Shown here one piece after another: positions 48,663 to 57,280 of a stretch of DNA of 64,000 nt (positions are counted from its first letter, which is position 1; every line of letters starts with the position of its first letter). Both the position numbers and the translations under genes were made by a program. Under the pieces are notes generated by a model, which did not search any database, was not told the DNA's origin, and was given only the letters and a program-made list of their open reading frames with translations. This DNA comes from an archaeon GW2011_AR15 (lineage in GTDB: Archaea > Nanobdellota > Nanobdellia > Woesearchaeales > GW2011-AR15), in assembly GCA_000830295.1 (NCBI GenBank), contig CP010425.1:512001-576000 (forward strand), written 5' to 3'.

Positions 48663-49226
48663 TCATTTGGTTTTCAGGGCAATTCTTGTCCATACAAAGT
48701 ACACAAGCAGCGCCATAATGCTTCCTGCCAGGAACCATAGGGCGTAATTAGGCCCACTTTGAATAGCTGCAGCAGCCATATCAGCTTCTGCTGCCAGCAT
48801 TTCAGTTTTGAGGGCAGCAGGAGCAGGATTGTTTTGGGAAGATAAAAACTGCACTGCCAGGCTTGCCACTCCCATAATGAAGACAACAGGGAGGAATTCT
48901 TTCAGCCTTGAGGCCATGCCTGCTGATTTTTTCGGGGCTATCACGACATATTTATTTGAGAGCGAGTAGTGGATTATCTTTTTGCCTTTTTCTGAATATT
49001 TGTAATGCTCGTCCTTCACAAGGTCGGATTTGACAAGCAGCGCCATGTTGTAATGGACAGTTGAGAGCGGAATTTTGAGCTTTTCTGCAATTTCTGTTTC
49101 AGTCATCATCTCTTTTTTTGACATAATGTCAAGTATCTTCCTTGCAGTATCATTGCTCAGCACCTGGGCGAGCTGCTTTGACTTTTCCTCGTCAAGGCTT
49201 ACAAGAAGAAATGACTCATCTGCCAT
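48663..49226 (-). CDS. ArsR-type winged-helix regulator with C-terminal TM helices
   Basis: LSNDTARKIL, TEIAEKL.IPLSTVHY, YSEKGK; two hydrophobic segments; start placed at MADESF. Confidence 0.8.
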   Translation of the reverse strand: MADESFLLVSLDEEKSKQLAQVLSNDTARKILDIMSKKEMMTETEIAEKLKIPLSTVHYNMALLVKSDLVKDEHYKYSEKGKKIIHYSLSNKYVVIAPKKSAGMASRLKEFLPVVFIMGVASLAVQFLSSQNNPAPAALKTEMLAAEADMAAAAIQSGPNYALWFLAGSIMALLVYFVWTRIALKTK

Positions 49227-49284
49227 AAGAGAGGTGAACAGAGACATATATTTAAATAATTGCAAGACTTTAATCCGGATTGAA

Positions 49285-49623
49285 ATGAAGACGCATTTCC
49301 CGACACTGAGGGGACTCCTTATCAGGCTCAAGCTCTACATGTCAAGGACAGGCAGCTACATAAGCCTTGTCAACACAGCGATGATACTTTTCATATTTCT
49401 TTCGGATCTTGAAAAATACAATATAGATATTGAAATAAGAGATTGGATAATCCCTATCTTTATCGTCGGAGTCCTAGGCATGCTCACTTTCGGGTATCTT
49501 GAAGACAGGTTGGGATTCTACAGCGAGGAGCAGAAGGCATCGCAGTCAAGAAGCCCCTATTTCAGGGAGATAATAGAGAGACTGGACAAGATTGAGAAGC
49601 AGTTAGAGAAGAAATCAAAATGA
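49285..49623 (+). CDS. Small two-TM membrane protein with C-terminal coiled coil
   Basis: Two hydrophobic segments, then EIIERLDKIEKQL; TATA-like TTTAAATA upstream. Confidence 0.65.
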   Translation: MKTHFPTLRGLLIRLKLYMSRTGSYISLVNTAMILFIFLSDLEKYNIDIEIRDWIIPIFIVGVLGMLTFGYLEDRLGFYSEEQKASQSRSPYFREIIERLDKIEKQLEKKSK

Positions 49624-49640
49624 TTCTGAGGTATCACTAA

Positions 49641-49650
49641 CTTTTTAAGC
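49641..49650 (+). promoter_or_regulatory. TATA box of the RNase P RNA gene
   Basis: CTTTTTAAGC about 25 nt upstream of P1. Confidence 0.55.
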
Positions 49651-49672
49651 TGCCATGCCTTTCCCTGTTAAT

Positions 49673-50045
49673 GTAGGGCAGTGCTTAGCTATCGGTGCTT
49701 TAGGAAGGTGATAAAGAATCATCGGTCTTCGGAGGGCTTTATGTCCTCCTTAAGGTGTTTCCATCAATGCTTTCTTAAAGGACTGAGGAAAGTCCACCCA
49801 CTATCGTAGCCACTCGTGAAAGCGAGGCCCTGAAAAGGGCGGCAACCACTCAGAAACGAGACCGCCCATATCCGCTGTGATGCATGCGAAGGCTCTGGTG
49901 ACAGAGCTGAGTTCCTGCTGAGTTTGTTTATGGGAACGGATGAAACGGTGAGCCCTGGCTTGTGCAACCCGCAAGGGGCTCAGTAAAATGCTAAGACAGG
50001 CTATCCTAACGGAGCCTGACAAAAGGTGGCTTACAGCTGCCCTGC
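49673..50045 (+). ncRNA. rnpB: RNase P RNA (archaeal)
   Basis: CR-I GAGGAAAGTCC (49785-49795); CR-II CAGAAAC; CR-III TGAAACGG; CR-V ACAAAAGGTGGCTTAC pairing with AAGTCCACC (P4); P1 GTAGGGCAG/CTGCCCTGC; P2 CTTAGC/GCTAAG; followed by a T-tract. Confidence 0.93.
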
Positions 50046-50051
50046 TTTTTT

Positions 50052-50447
50052 TTAAACTTCAGGAACAGAGCTGAATAGTGATTTAAGCCCGGTCTTGAGG
50101 CTGGCAGGATCTGCAAACTTGTGGTGCAGATGCGGCATAATAGACCACTGCATGTTGATTTTGGGGTTTGCAAAGATTACCTTAAGGGTAGTATTTGATG
50201 AAAGTTTAGGCCAGTTCTCTATCATAAATTTCAAATTCTCTCCTGTATTTAATGTTACAAGGACAGCCTTATCCCCAAGCCTTTCAAGCACACTATTTTC
50301 AAGCCTTTCCATTACAATATACTCCACAATTCCTTTACCCTCATGCTCGCACGTGATTATATTTCCTTCTGCAAATTTCTTGGTCATATCTCTCTTAAAA
50401 GAATTTAGGTAATCAATAAATGCAGAAGTCCATTCTGATAAATTCAT
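50052..50447 (-). CDS. Hypothetical protein (last gene of the NAC-minD operon)
   Basis: Overlaps the minD stop; VTLNT.EN...NW..L, W.I.P..H. Confidence 0.7.
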   Translation of the reverse strand: MNLSEWTSAFIDYLNSFKRDMTKKFAEGNIITCEHEGKGIVEYIVMERLENSVLERLGDKAVLVTLNTGENLKFMIENWPKLSSNTTLKVIFANPKINMQWSIMPHLHHKFADPASLKTGLKSLFSSVPEV

Positions 50448-51220
50448 TTTAGGCCCAGTCTTTTCATAATATAGTCAAACAAGTTATCGTTCTCTTCAGC
50501 AGACGCAACATACTTCTCTCCAAGCAGCTCGGCGGCAAGCTCTTTGTAGCTCAGTGATGCCGGGGCATTGGGATGCGTGTGTGTTACAGGATTTTTCATT
50601 TTTACTGCTTCCCTGACAGTCTCGTCTTCAGGAATCATGGCAATCACTTTCGTCTCCAGCATTGCCTCAACATCCTCTTTGCTGAGCTCAAGCTCATCCT
50701 CATATACCCTTGAAAGTATGACCCCTCTTACAGTTTTCCCATGCTCCCTGGCTGTTTTTATTGTTCTCAGCGCATCGCTTACAGCGGGAAGCTCAGGAGT
50801 TGAGACAACAAGCACCTCGTCCCCCATTTTTATTGATTCAATTGTGTCCTCTGTCAGCCCAGAAGGGCTGTCTATTATCACAAAATCAGCCTCTCCTGCC
50901 AGATCCCTTAGCATTTTGGCCAGCTTTTTCATGTCAATCCTGCCTTTGTGCTTCAGTGAAGGGCTGGCCGGCACAACTTTCAGGCCGTGGGAATGCATGT
51001 ATAATGCATCAGAAATATGCTTACCCTCTTTTATGACATCCTGCAGTGTTACAGGAACCTGCGGCGAGCCCAGGTAAAGGGCAATATTAGGGGTTGAAAA
51101 ATTGCAGTCGACAACAATGACATCCCTTCCGAATACAGTCAGGGCTGTCCCCAGGTTAATGGCGGTTGTTGTCTTTCCAACCCCGCCTTTGCTGGAGGCT
51201 ATTACGATGAATTTTGTCAT
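50444..51220 (-). CDS. minD: MinD/ParA-family ATPase
   Basis: Deviant Walker A KGGVGKTT, IIDSPSG, IPED..VREA, C-terminal amphipathic helix LFDYIMKRLGLK. Confidence 0.9.
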   Translation of the reverse strand: MTKFIVIASSKGGVGKTTTAINLGTALTVFGRDVIVVDCNFSTPNIALYLGSPQVPVTLQDVIKEGKHISDALYMHSHGLKVVPASPSLKHKGRIDMKKLAKMLRDLAGEADFVIIDSPSGLTEDTIESIKMGDEVLVVSTPELPAVSDALRTIKTAREHGKTVRGVILSRVYEDELELSKEDVEAMLETKVIAMIPEDETVREAVKMKNPVTHTHPNAPASLSYKELAAELLGEKYVASAEENDNLFDYIMKRLGLK

Positions 51221-51663
51221 TTTACGATTTTTTCAACAGTTTCAAGGCATTTTTTAAGAGTGTGAAAATCCTCAGTGATGCTGTCTATATCCACTTTTAT
51301 CTCTGCTTCATCAACAACAGAAGTCATTGTTACATGTCTCCTGAATTCGCTTGACTTGTCATGGGTTACTCTCCTGAGTTTCCTGAAAAGAAGGTATTTT
51401 TGTATGTTTTTGCGGATATCTTCTACATCATAATATTCAAGAACAGCATGAGCCTTGGCAATCGGGTTGCCCGGGATTTCTGCGATTTTTCCGTCATCAA
51501 ACGCCTTCTGCACAAGCGCATCAACAACAAACTCATAAGAATTTATCATCCTTTCAACAACACTGAGCAGCACATCGACCGTCCTCGTGTACTTCAGTGT
51601 CACATAGATAAGATGGTCAATCCTCTTTAATTCTTCTTTTGCATTTTCCAGGTTCTCTGTCAT
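51217..51663 (-). CDS. Hypothetical helical protein (probable paralog of the next gene)
   Basis: AKEELKRIDHLIYVTLKY; coupled by 4-nt overlaps. Confidence 0.75.
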   Translation of the reverse strand: MTENLENAKEELKRIDHLIYVTLKYTRTVDVLLSVVERMINSYEFVVDALVQKAFDDGKIAEIPGNPIAKAHAVLEYYDVEDIRKNIQKYLLFRKLRRVTHDKSSEFRRHVTMTSVVDEAEIKVDIDSITEDFHTLKKCLETVEKIVK

Positions 51664-52121
51664 TTTATCACTTTTTGCATTTCCTTCATGAGAAGCTTTC
51701 CTTTAATAATGTATTCCTTCAGTTTCTCCTTTGATATGATATTGAGCCTGTAATCCTCTGAGGCAAACACGAACCTGTCCTTCCTCACAAACTCAACATC
51801 AGATTCATTCTGGGTTTCCATGAACTGGTTGAGGTCATCCAGGAAATTATAGTATTCAATGTTTATCTTATGTTTCTTCATCACCGGCTTCACTGCTTCG
51901 AGAGCAGAGGGGAAATCACCAATAAATTCAGGAATTTTAAAATGTTTCGTTTCATAATGGAGCAAAGCAAGCACAAGGTTCTGCATTGACATGAAAAGAT
52001 TCTTGAAGACCAGTTTCAGGAGCTTTGGGTCCTGCACAATAGGGTAAGTCATTGTAAGCACATGGTCAGCAACCCTCATATACCTGATTGCGTTTTCCTT
52101 TGCTTCCTGATATTTTTCCAT
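51660..52121 (-). CDS. Hypothetical helical protein
   Basis: AIRYMRVADHVLTMTYP...EFVRKDRFV; coupled in the operon. Confidence 0.75.
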   Translation of the reverse strand: MEKYQEAKENAIRYMRVADHVLTMTYPIVQDPKLLKLVFKNLFMSMQNLVLALLHYETKHFKIPEFIGDFPSALEAVKPVMKKHKINIEYYNFLDDLNQFMETQNESDVEFVRKDRFVFASEDYRLNIISKEKLKEYIIKGKLLMKEMQKVIK

Positions 52122-52460
52122 TTATTTCTTCAAAGAGAGGATAGCCTCAGCCAGGTCTCCCCTGCTTTTTTCCAGCGCACTTTTTGCTTTTTCTTTTGAT
52201 ACGCCTGCCTGCTGCATGACTGTCTTTATGTCCTCTTCGCTTATTTCAGGCTCTTCCTCTGCAGCCCTTCTCTCTTCCTGTCCGCTTATCTGATAAGAGC
52301 TTTGCCCAGAAATCTTTATTTTCTGCACAGAAGGATTCCTTATGATTATATCTTCCTTTTTTGTCCTTATTATTACAGCAACAGCATCTATGTCTTCCTG
52401 CTCCATCCCAAGCTTCTTCATGGCCTGCTGCATCTGCTTTGGATTCATGCCCGGGAACAT
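52122..52460 (-). CDS. nac: Nascent polypeptide-associated complex protein
   Basis: GMNPKQMQQAMKKLGM, NAC domain, UBA-like EEDIKTVMQQAGVS...GDLAEAI. Confidence 0.95.
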   Translation of the reverse strand: MFPGMNPKQMQQAMKKLGMEQEDIDAVAVIIRTKKEDIIIRNPSVQKIKISGQSSYQISGQEERRAAEEEPEISEEDIKTVMQQAGVSKEKAKSALEKSRGDLAEAILSLKK

Positions 52461-52501
52461 AGTGTAAAAAAGAAATCAAGCCAATTTTAAAAAGATTATT
52501 G

Positions 52502-52549
52502 AAAATTGTTAGGTTTTACAATTTTTAATCCCGAAAACTATAGTTTTCG
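52502..52549. repeat. Hairpin plus perfect 18-bp palindrome
   Basis: AAAATTGT/ACAATTTT stem, then CGAAAACTATAGTTTTCG (52532-52549). Confidence 0.7.
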
Positions 52550-52599
52550 TTATTATTAAAGAGGGGAAAAATAAAGAAAAATTAACTTTTTCCGCCTTT

Positions 52600-52941
52600 C
52601 TAGTAATCTCTTATTATGGCATCATCAAGCGACCGGATAAGCAGTGGAAGGCTCAGCTCGTGCATTCCGATTATGCTGCCGACAACAGGGACATATCCTT
52701 TCGGAAGGTGCTCATAGAGATTCGGGATTTCTTCCCTCCAGGGGTCCACATAATAATAATGGTTCTGATTGTGGATTATGTCTATGTTGACCATGTACTT
52801 ATTTCCTTCCTGATACGGCTCTATGCTTCTCACAATAAAAGCCTCAAAAGGCCCGCTTTCTTTATACCCGACGCCGTAAAGCTCGTTCATCGAGTCCAGC
52901 AGTTTATGTAATCCCATTTTCATTTCTTCATCAAGTTTCAT
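52600..52941 (-). CDS. Hypothetical protein
   Basis: GGAGGA Shine-Dalgarno before MKLDEE; 113 aa. Confidence 0.6.
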   Translation of the reverse strand: MKLDEEMKMGLHKLLDSMNELYGVGYKESGPFEAFIVRSIEPYQEGNKYMVNIDIIHNQNHYYYVDPWREEIPNLYEHLPKGYVPVVGSIIGMHELSLPLLIRSLDDAIIRDY

Positions 52942-53206
52942 TTTACATTCCTCCTTGTATAGGTTTATGCAGGCTCCAGACAAATCACACTACAGGTTAA
53001 GGGAAACTAAGAAACAATGCTGCACTTATGCAGCCGTAGCCGTAGAGAAAACACTTGCAGAATCTGATATTTTTTGATTCCCCATTGGCATTCAATAAGA
53101 GAAGCTGACGTAATATTTAAACATAATGGCCAATCTATATTACTCTAATTTTATATATAACTTCTTTTTACCACTTAAAAAAAGTAAATCTTATGGAGGA
53201 ATTAAA

Positions 53207-53614
53207 ATGAGCAAAACAATTGAATACGTTGTCAAAGGAGAAGGCAGCACAGTAAAGAAAGCTGAAGCAGAGCTTAAAAGAGATCTTTCAGCAGCAATAA
53301 AGAAATTCGGCAAAGAATTTGGAGAGCTTGAACATGTCTCTCTTTACGTTGCAGAAGCAAAAATAAACGGAGAGCCACATAAGGCACACCTAGTGGAAGG
53401 GACATTTGAAGGGCCAAACTATACAACACTCGAATCAAAGATGGAGACAGCATTTAACAGCGAAGGGTATAAGATTGGCAAAATTTCAGTGGCACAGACA
53501 TACATGGTTCCGGAGGAGATGTATAATGCAGCAGTAAAGCCAAAATCACCAACAGCATATGCTGCTCCACAAAAGCCAAGCATTACTGATACCATTATAG
53601 ACATATTAAAGTAG
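53207..53614 (+). CDS. Hypothetical protein
   Basis: GGAGGA Shine-Dalgarno before MSKTIEY; TTTATATA upstream. Confidence 0.65.
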   Translation: MSKTIEYVVKGEGSTVKKAEAELKRDLSAAIKKFGKEFGELEHVSLYVAEAKINGEPHKAHLVEGTFEGPNYTTLESKMETAFNSEGYKIGKISVAQTYMVPEEMYNAAVKPKSPTAYAAPQKPSITDTIIDILK

Positions 53615-53627
53615 TAAAGGAAACAAA

Positions 53628-55199
53628 ATGCCCTTTCCCCAGGAAACTGTAGATAAAGCCAGAGCCATAGCTCATGAATATTCCATAAGAGACAAATCTA
53701 AGCTTAATCAGGCAAAGCGGCTTTTCGACGGGGAATTTCTTCATATTAATTACGGCTTTGAAGATGCCATAAGGCAGGGCAGATGCGGCCATTATCTCCA
53801 TCAGGTCCAGAGAGATGCAGACTGCTTTTCCCTGGCAGGCATTAATTATATTATTGCAAAGGAGGCAGGTCTGAAGCCCAGAATATGGTGGGTTACTGAA
53901 ATGAGGGATGTTTTTCAGGAAGATAAATCAGATGACCAGCCGATAAGTGATCATTCTTTTATAACTGTAGAGGCTAAAGGAAAAACATATCTGAATGATC
54001 CATTCTACAGCACATTTGCAGAAATAAAATTTGAGCCCGGAAGAATAATAATTTTCGGGAAAGACGATCTATACGGGAAAATCATCAGGACAAGGCTCTA
54101 TAAAACGATGAAGGAAATTGGCGAAGAAGAATATGTAGAAATGATGGACAGGCACCAGTCCCCTGAATACGGAAAGGAAGTGCTCAGAGCAGGCCAGGTT
54201 GTCCATAATTTCGGCAAGAGAGTAGCATTACAGCTGCTGCCTCAGGACGAACTGGCATCAGCAGCCATATATTCTGTTGACACTCCGCTTTATGAGAAGA
54301 CGCCGAATATCGAAGAAGTATATATGTTAAAGGGAGGAGTGCATAAAGACGGAACTTGGAAATACGAAGACGGGGAAGTTGTAACATATTTTGCGAAAAG
54401 CGCAGGGTGGCTGCTTGAGCAGCATCAGCTTAAGCATATGCAGATAGTTCTGCCCTATTCAGCTGTCATGTCATATATTGAAAACCTTAGGCAGGCATCA
54501 GAATTCTCAGGAAGGAGAACTCCCCTCCACCGGCTATACTCAAAAAACAAGCTGCTTTATTTCAGGGAAAGAGGATTTAGTGTTACAGGAGAAATCACAA
54601 AAGAAAACGGCGTTGATGCCAAAAAACATCAGCAGCTCCTGGAAGAGATTGTCAATAACGGGCTTGTTTCGTTTGGAAGGGAGCCTGAAGAAGCGATGCC
54701 CTTCATCCACCAGTACAGCAGCTATACAGCACAAAACATTGCAGCAATGTGCGAGGCAAACCCGCACGGATTTGTCTATTCTGAGGATATGAGGGACAAT
54801 TTCATAGAGCAGAGTCTTGAGCCAACAGGAGCATTGTTTGAGGAAGGGGGGAGGAAAATCTGGGGGGTTATACTGGCCAAGTCAGGCCTGGCATCAGGCC
54901 TCAAGGAAAAGCAGAGAGACCTGATCAGATACAAGTTTAACACCAAAGATAATTTTATTGAAAAATTTGCGGGAGCCCTTAGGGAACGCAGAGACAACAT
55001 ACATGCATTTGAGGGAGTAATTGATTTTGCGCTTTTCCAGAGAGACAATCCCATGGGAAAAATTACTGCAACAGGAGAAGAACAGATGCAAACGTACAGG
55101 CATATAGTCCACACAAGAATGATTGACCTCTCAAAAATACTCAGGGTTCTTGAGGTTAGACAGTTTCAGCATGGCCTCAAAAAAATATTGGCTGCATGA
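53628..55199 (+). CDS. Protein with N-terminal transglutaminase/NAT-like Cys-His-Asp domain
   Basis: DCFSLA...AKEAGL, DHSFITV, YLNDPFY triad spacing. Confidence 0.6.
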   Translation: MPFPQETVDKARAIAHEYSIRDKSKLNQAKRLFDGEFLHINYGFEDAIRQGRCGHYLHQVQRDADCFSLAGINYIIAKEAGLKPRIWWVTEMRDVFQEDKSDDQPISDHSFITVEAKGKTYLNDPFYSTFAEIKFEPGRIIIFGKDDLYGKIIRTRLYKTMKEIGEEEYVEMMDRHQSPEYGKEVLRAGQVVHNFGKRVALQLLPQDELASAAIYSVDTPLYEKTPNIEEVYMLKGGVHKDGTWKYEDGEVVTYFAKSAGWLLEQHQLKHMQIVLPYSAVMSYIENLRQASEFSGRRTPLHRLYSKNKLLYFRERGFSVTGEITKENGVDAKKHQQLLEEIVNNGLVSFGREPEEAMPFIHQYSSYTAQNIAAMCEANPHGFVYSEDMRDNFIEQSLEPTGALFEEGGRKIWGVILAKSGLASGLKEKQRDLIRYKFNTKDNFIEKFAGALRERRDNIHAFEGVIDFALFQRDNPMGKITATGEEQMQTYRHIVHTRMIDLSKILRVLEVRQFQHGLKKILAA

Positions 55200-56321
55200 C
55201 TATATCAACTTTTTTAATTCTCTGAAAGGGAAATACTTTGCATATTTCATAAGTGACGGTCTCGCAGCAATTATTTTTATTATCATGCTGACAATCCTGT
55301 CCCTGCTCTCATCATGCAGTATTTTCTTCATTTTACTGCTGGAGAAAGTCCCTATCAAATCATTCCAGTCTGTTGCAGTGAACCTCTGGTGCATCCTGTG
55401 GGCGAGAAGGTGGACATATAGGTTCAGGAACATCTGTTTTCTCCATTCTTTGTCATAATCCAGTTCTTTGTCAACGCATTCTGCCAGTATAATGGCTGCC
55501 TTTAGGCTCTGGTTTATGCCGCCTCCTGAAGTTGCCTTGACAAAAGTTGCGGCATCCCCTAGGATATATACATTGTCTTTCTGCGCCCTTACTTTTGGGT
55601 TGAAGACAGGGATTACTCCGGACTGATTCTCTATGGTTCTTTTATTATAGTCTTTTCCTATCTTTTTCATGGCAAATTTTTTGAAAAGTGCCATTGAATT
55701 CTTATAGGATGCCACTCCGATCCTTACAGTTTCTGGGTCAACAGGCACTATCCAGGCATAGCAGCCGATATACGGGTAAAACTCAACAATATTGTTATTT
55801 TTCATCTTCGCCTCTATCTGCGTGCCTATGACAAATTCCCGCCCTTCAAACAGGCCTGCTGCTTTTGCGACTTTGCTTAATGGACCGTCTGCGCCAATCA
55901 GGACATCTGCTTCTGACTCTATTGCTTTGCCCCTGCAAGATATTTCTGAAATTATTTTCTTCCCGTTTTTCCTGAAAGAATTAAAGCTGTGGCTGAGATG
56001 GTATTCTGCCCCTGCACTTTCAGCCATCTTTGCAAGATAGCTGTCAAACTTTTTTCGGCAGACAACATAATTCTTTTTTATTCCTGCATTGACAAATTTT
56101 CCGTTCGGAGAAAATATTTTTGTCCTTTCCACAGTATTCAGCACGAAATCTTTTTTCGGCTCAAATATAGTCAGGAAATAATCACTCAGGATTCCAGTGC
56201 ACTGCACCGGAGGGCCGACAACAGGATTTTTTTCATATACACTCACAGAATGGCCTTTCTTTGCCAGAAGATATGCGGTATAGTTTCCGGCCGGACCAGC
56301 GCCTATGATATCAATTTTCAT
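55200..56321 (-). CDS. Geranylgeranyl reductase-family FAD oxidoreductase
   Basis: IIGAGPAG, PVQCTG, R..FD..L, GADG..S, YAWIVP, GDAA..VK..SGGGI. Confidence 0.88.
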   Translation of the reverse strand: MKIDIIGAGPAGNYTAYLLAKKGHSVSVYEKNPVVGPPVQCTGILSDYFLTIFEPKKDFVLNTVERTKIFSPNGKFVNAGIKKNYVVCRKKFDSYLAKMAESAGAEYHLSHSFNSFRKNGKKIISEISCRGKAIESEADVLIGADGPLSKVAKAAGLFEGREFVIGTQIEAKMKNNNIVEFYPYIGCYAWIVPVDPETVRIGVASYKNSMALFKKFAMKKIGKDYNKRTIENQSGVIPVFNPKVRAQKDNVYILGDAATFVKATSGGGINQSLKAAIILAECVDKELDYDKEWRKQMFLNLYVHLLAHRMHQRFTATDWNDLIGTFSSSKMKKILHDESRDRIVSMIIKIIAARPSLMKYAKYFPFRELKKLI

Positions 56322-56368
56322 TCCGGAAATGAAAGCTTCCAATTATATATAACTAGTTTACTACTAAT

Positions 56369-56427
56369 AAATAACTACAAATAGAAAACTTTAAATATTG
56401 TTTGTAGTTACCACGCGGTAGTTATTT
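56369..56427 (+). promoter_or_regulatory. Inverted repeats flanking a BRE-TATA box in a divergent intergenic region
   Basis: TAACTACAAA (56372-56381) and TTTGTAGTTA (56401-56410) flank GAAAACTTTAAATA; extra half-site GTAGTTATTT at 56418-56427. Confidence 0.6.
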
Positions 56428-56447
56428 GAATAACGAGAGGAATATCC

Positions 56448-57215
56448 ATGGGAAACTTATACAAAACAGCTGCTTCAGTTTTTCTAATAGCGAGTCTTGG
56501 CCTGGCAGGGTGCGTGCGCTCTGCAGGCAGTTCATCTGTACCTACACAAAATTCTCCAACATCAACTATTGGGAATACCCTGACATCAACTCCAACATCA
56601 ACTTACTCTCCAACACCAGTTCTAATGCCGACCAGGGTATATGAAGACAGGGGCGTCATCAAAGTGTACAAATGCGATGACCTTAACAGGAACGCAATGT
56701 GCGACCCAGGGGAATACCCATCAGGATACCAGCTTGAGCTTAACGGCCAGCCATTTGTCCTGCCGCCATTTTCAGAAATTGAGGGTATAATACACTCAGC
56801 AGGAATGGACATTCCTTATGTCCAGCAGGGAGGAGTTCTTTACCTATATGTAGAGCCAGGAACATACAACTTCAGAGACCCGATATACGCAGGATGGATC
56901 AGGATATCTCCGAATGAATTTGAGATGAGAACTGTTACAGACGAAGATGCAAACCTTGAGAGGCTTGTAAACCCGCCAGTTGTTTTTGTCAATATGCAGG
57001 TAGGAGCATCGGCAACGCCTACACCTACAGTCCCTTATGTGCTGCCAACATATACCCCGACTCCACAGAATACTCCGCAGAAAACACCTCAGAAAACACC
57101 AACACCACAGCACCCTACAAATACACCGCCTCCTCCGCCTACTAACACCCCTCCGCCTCCACCAGCTACATCAACTCCAATAGACATAGTTTTCCCAACA
57201 CCTAATGATCCGTAA
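56448..57215 (+). CDS. Lipoprotein with SdrD-B-like motif and Pro/Thr-rich repeats
   Basis: Lipobox LAGC; DDLNRNAMCDPGE; PQKTPQKTP and PTNTPPPPP repeats. Confidence 0.7.
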   Translation: MGNLYKTAASVFLIASLGLAGCVRSAGSSSVPTQNSPTSTIGNTLTSTPTSTYSPTPVLMPTRVYEDRGVIKVYKCDDLNRNAMCDPGEYPSGYQLELNGQPFVLPPFSEIEGIIHSAGMDIPYVQQGGVLYLYVEPGTYNFRDPIYAGWIRISPNEFEMRTVTDEDANLERLVNPPVVFVNMQVGASATPTPTVPYVLPTYTPTPQNTPQKTPQKTPTPQHPTNTPPPPPTNTPPPPPATSTPIDIVFPTPNDP

Positions 57216-57280
57216 GGAGAAAAGTATGAAAATCAAAAAACAATTTTCAAATTTCAAAAACACGGGGTGTTTTTAAAAAA

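Noticed and set aside
49075-49284. Long N-terminal extension of the small membrane protein ORF
   Set aside because: It overlaps the divergent ArsR-like gene; the promoter position supports ATG 49285
49764-50022. Two short minus-strand ORFs
   Set aside because: They are antisense to the RNase P RNA gene and have no protein-like features
53026-53091. Peptide ending in -AA-stop resembling a tmRNA tag
   Set aside because: No tRNA-like domain is nearby, tmRNA is not known in archaea, and pelota is present; likely coincidence
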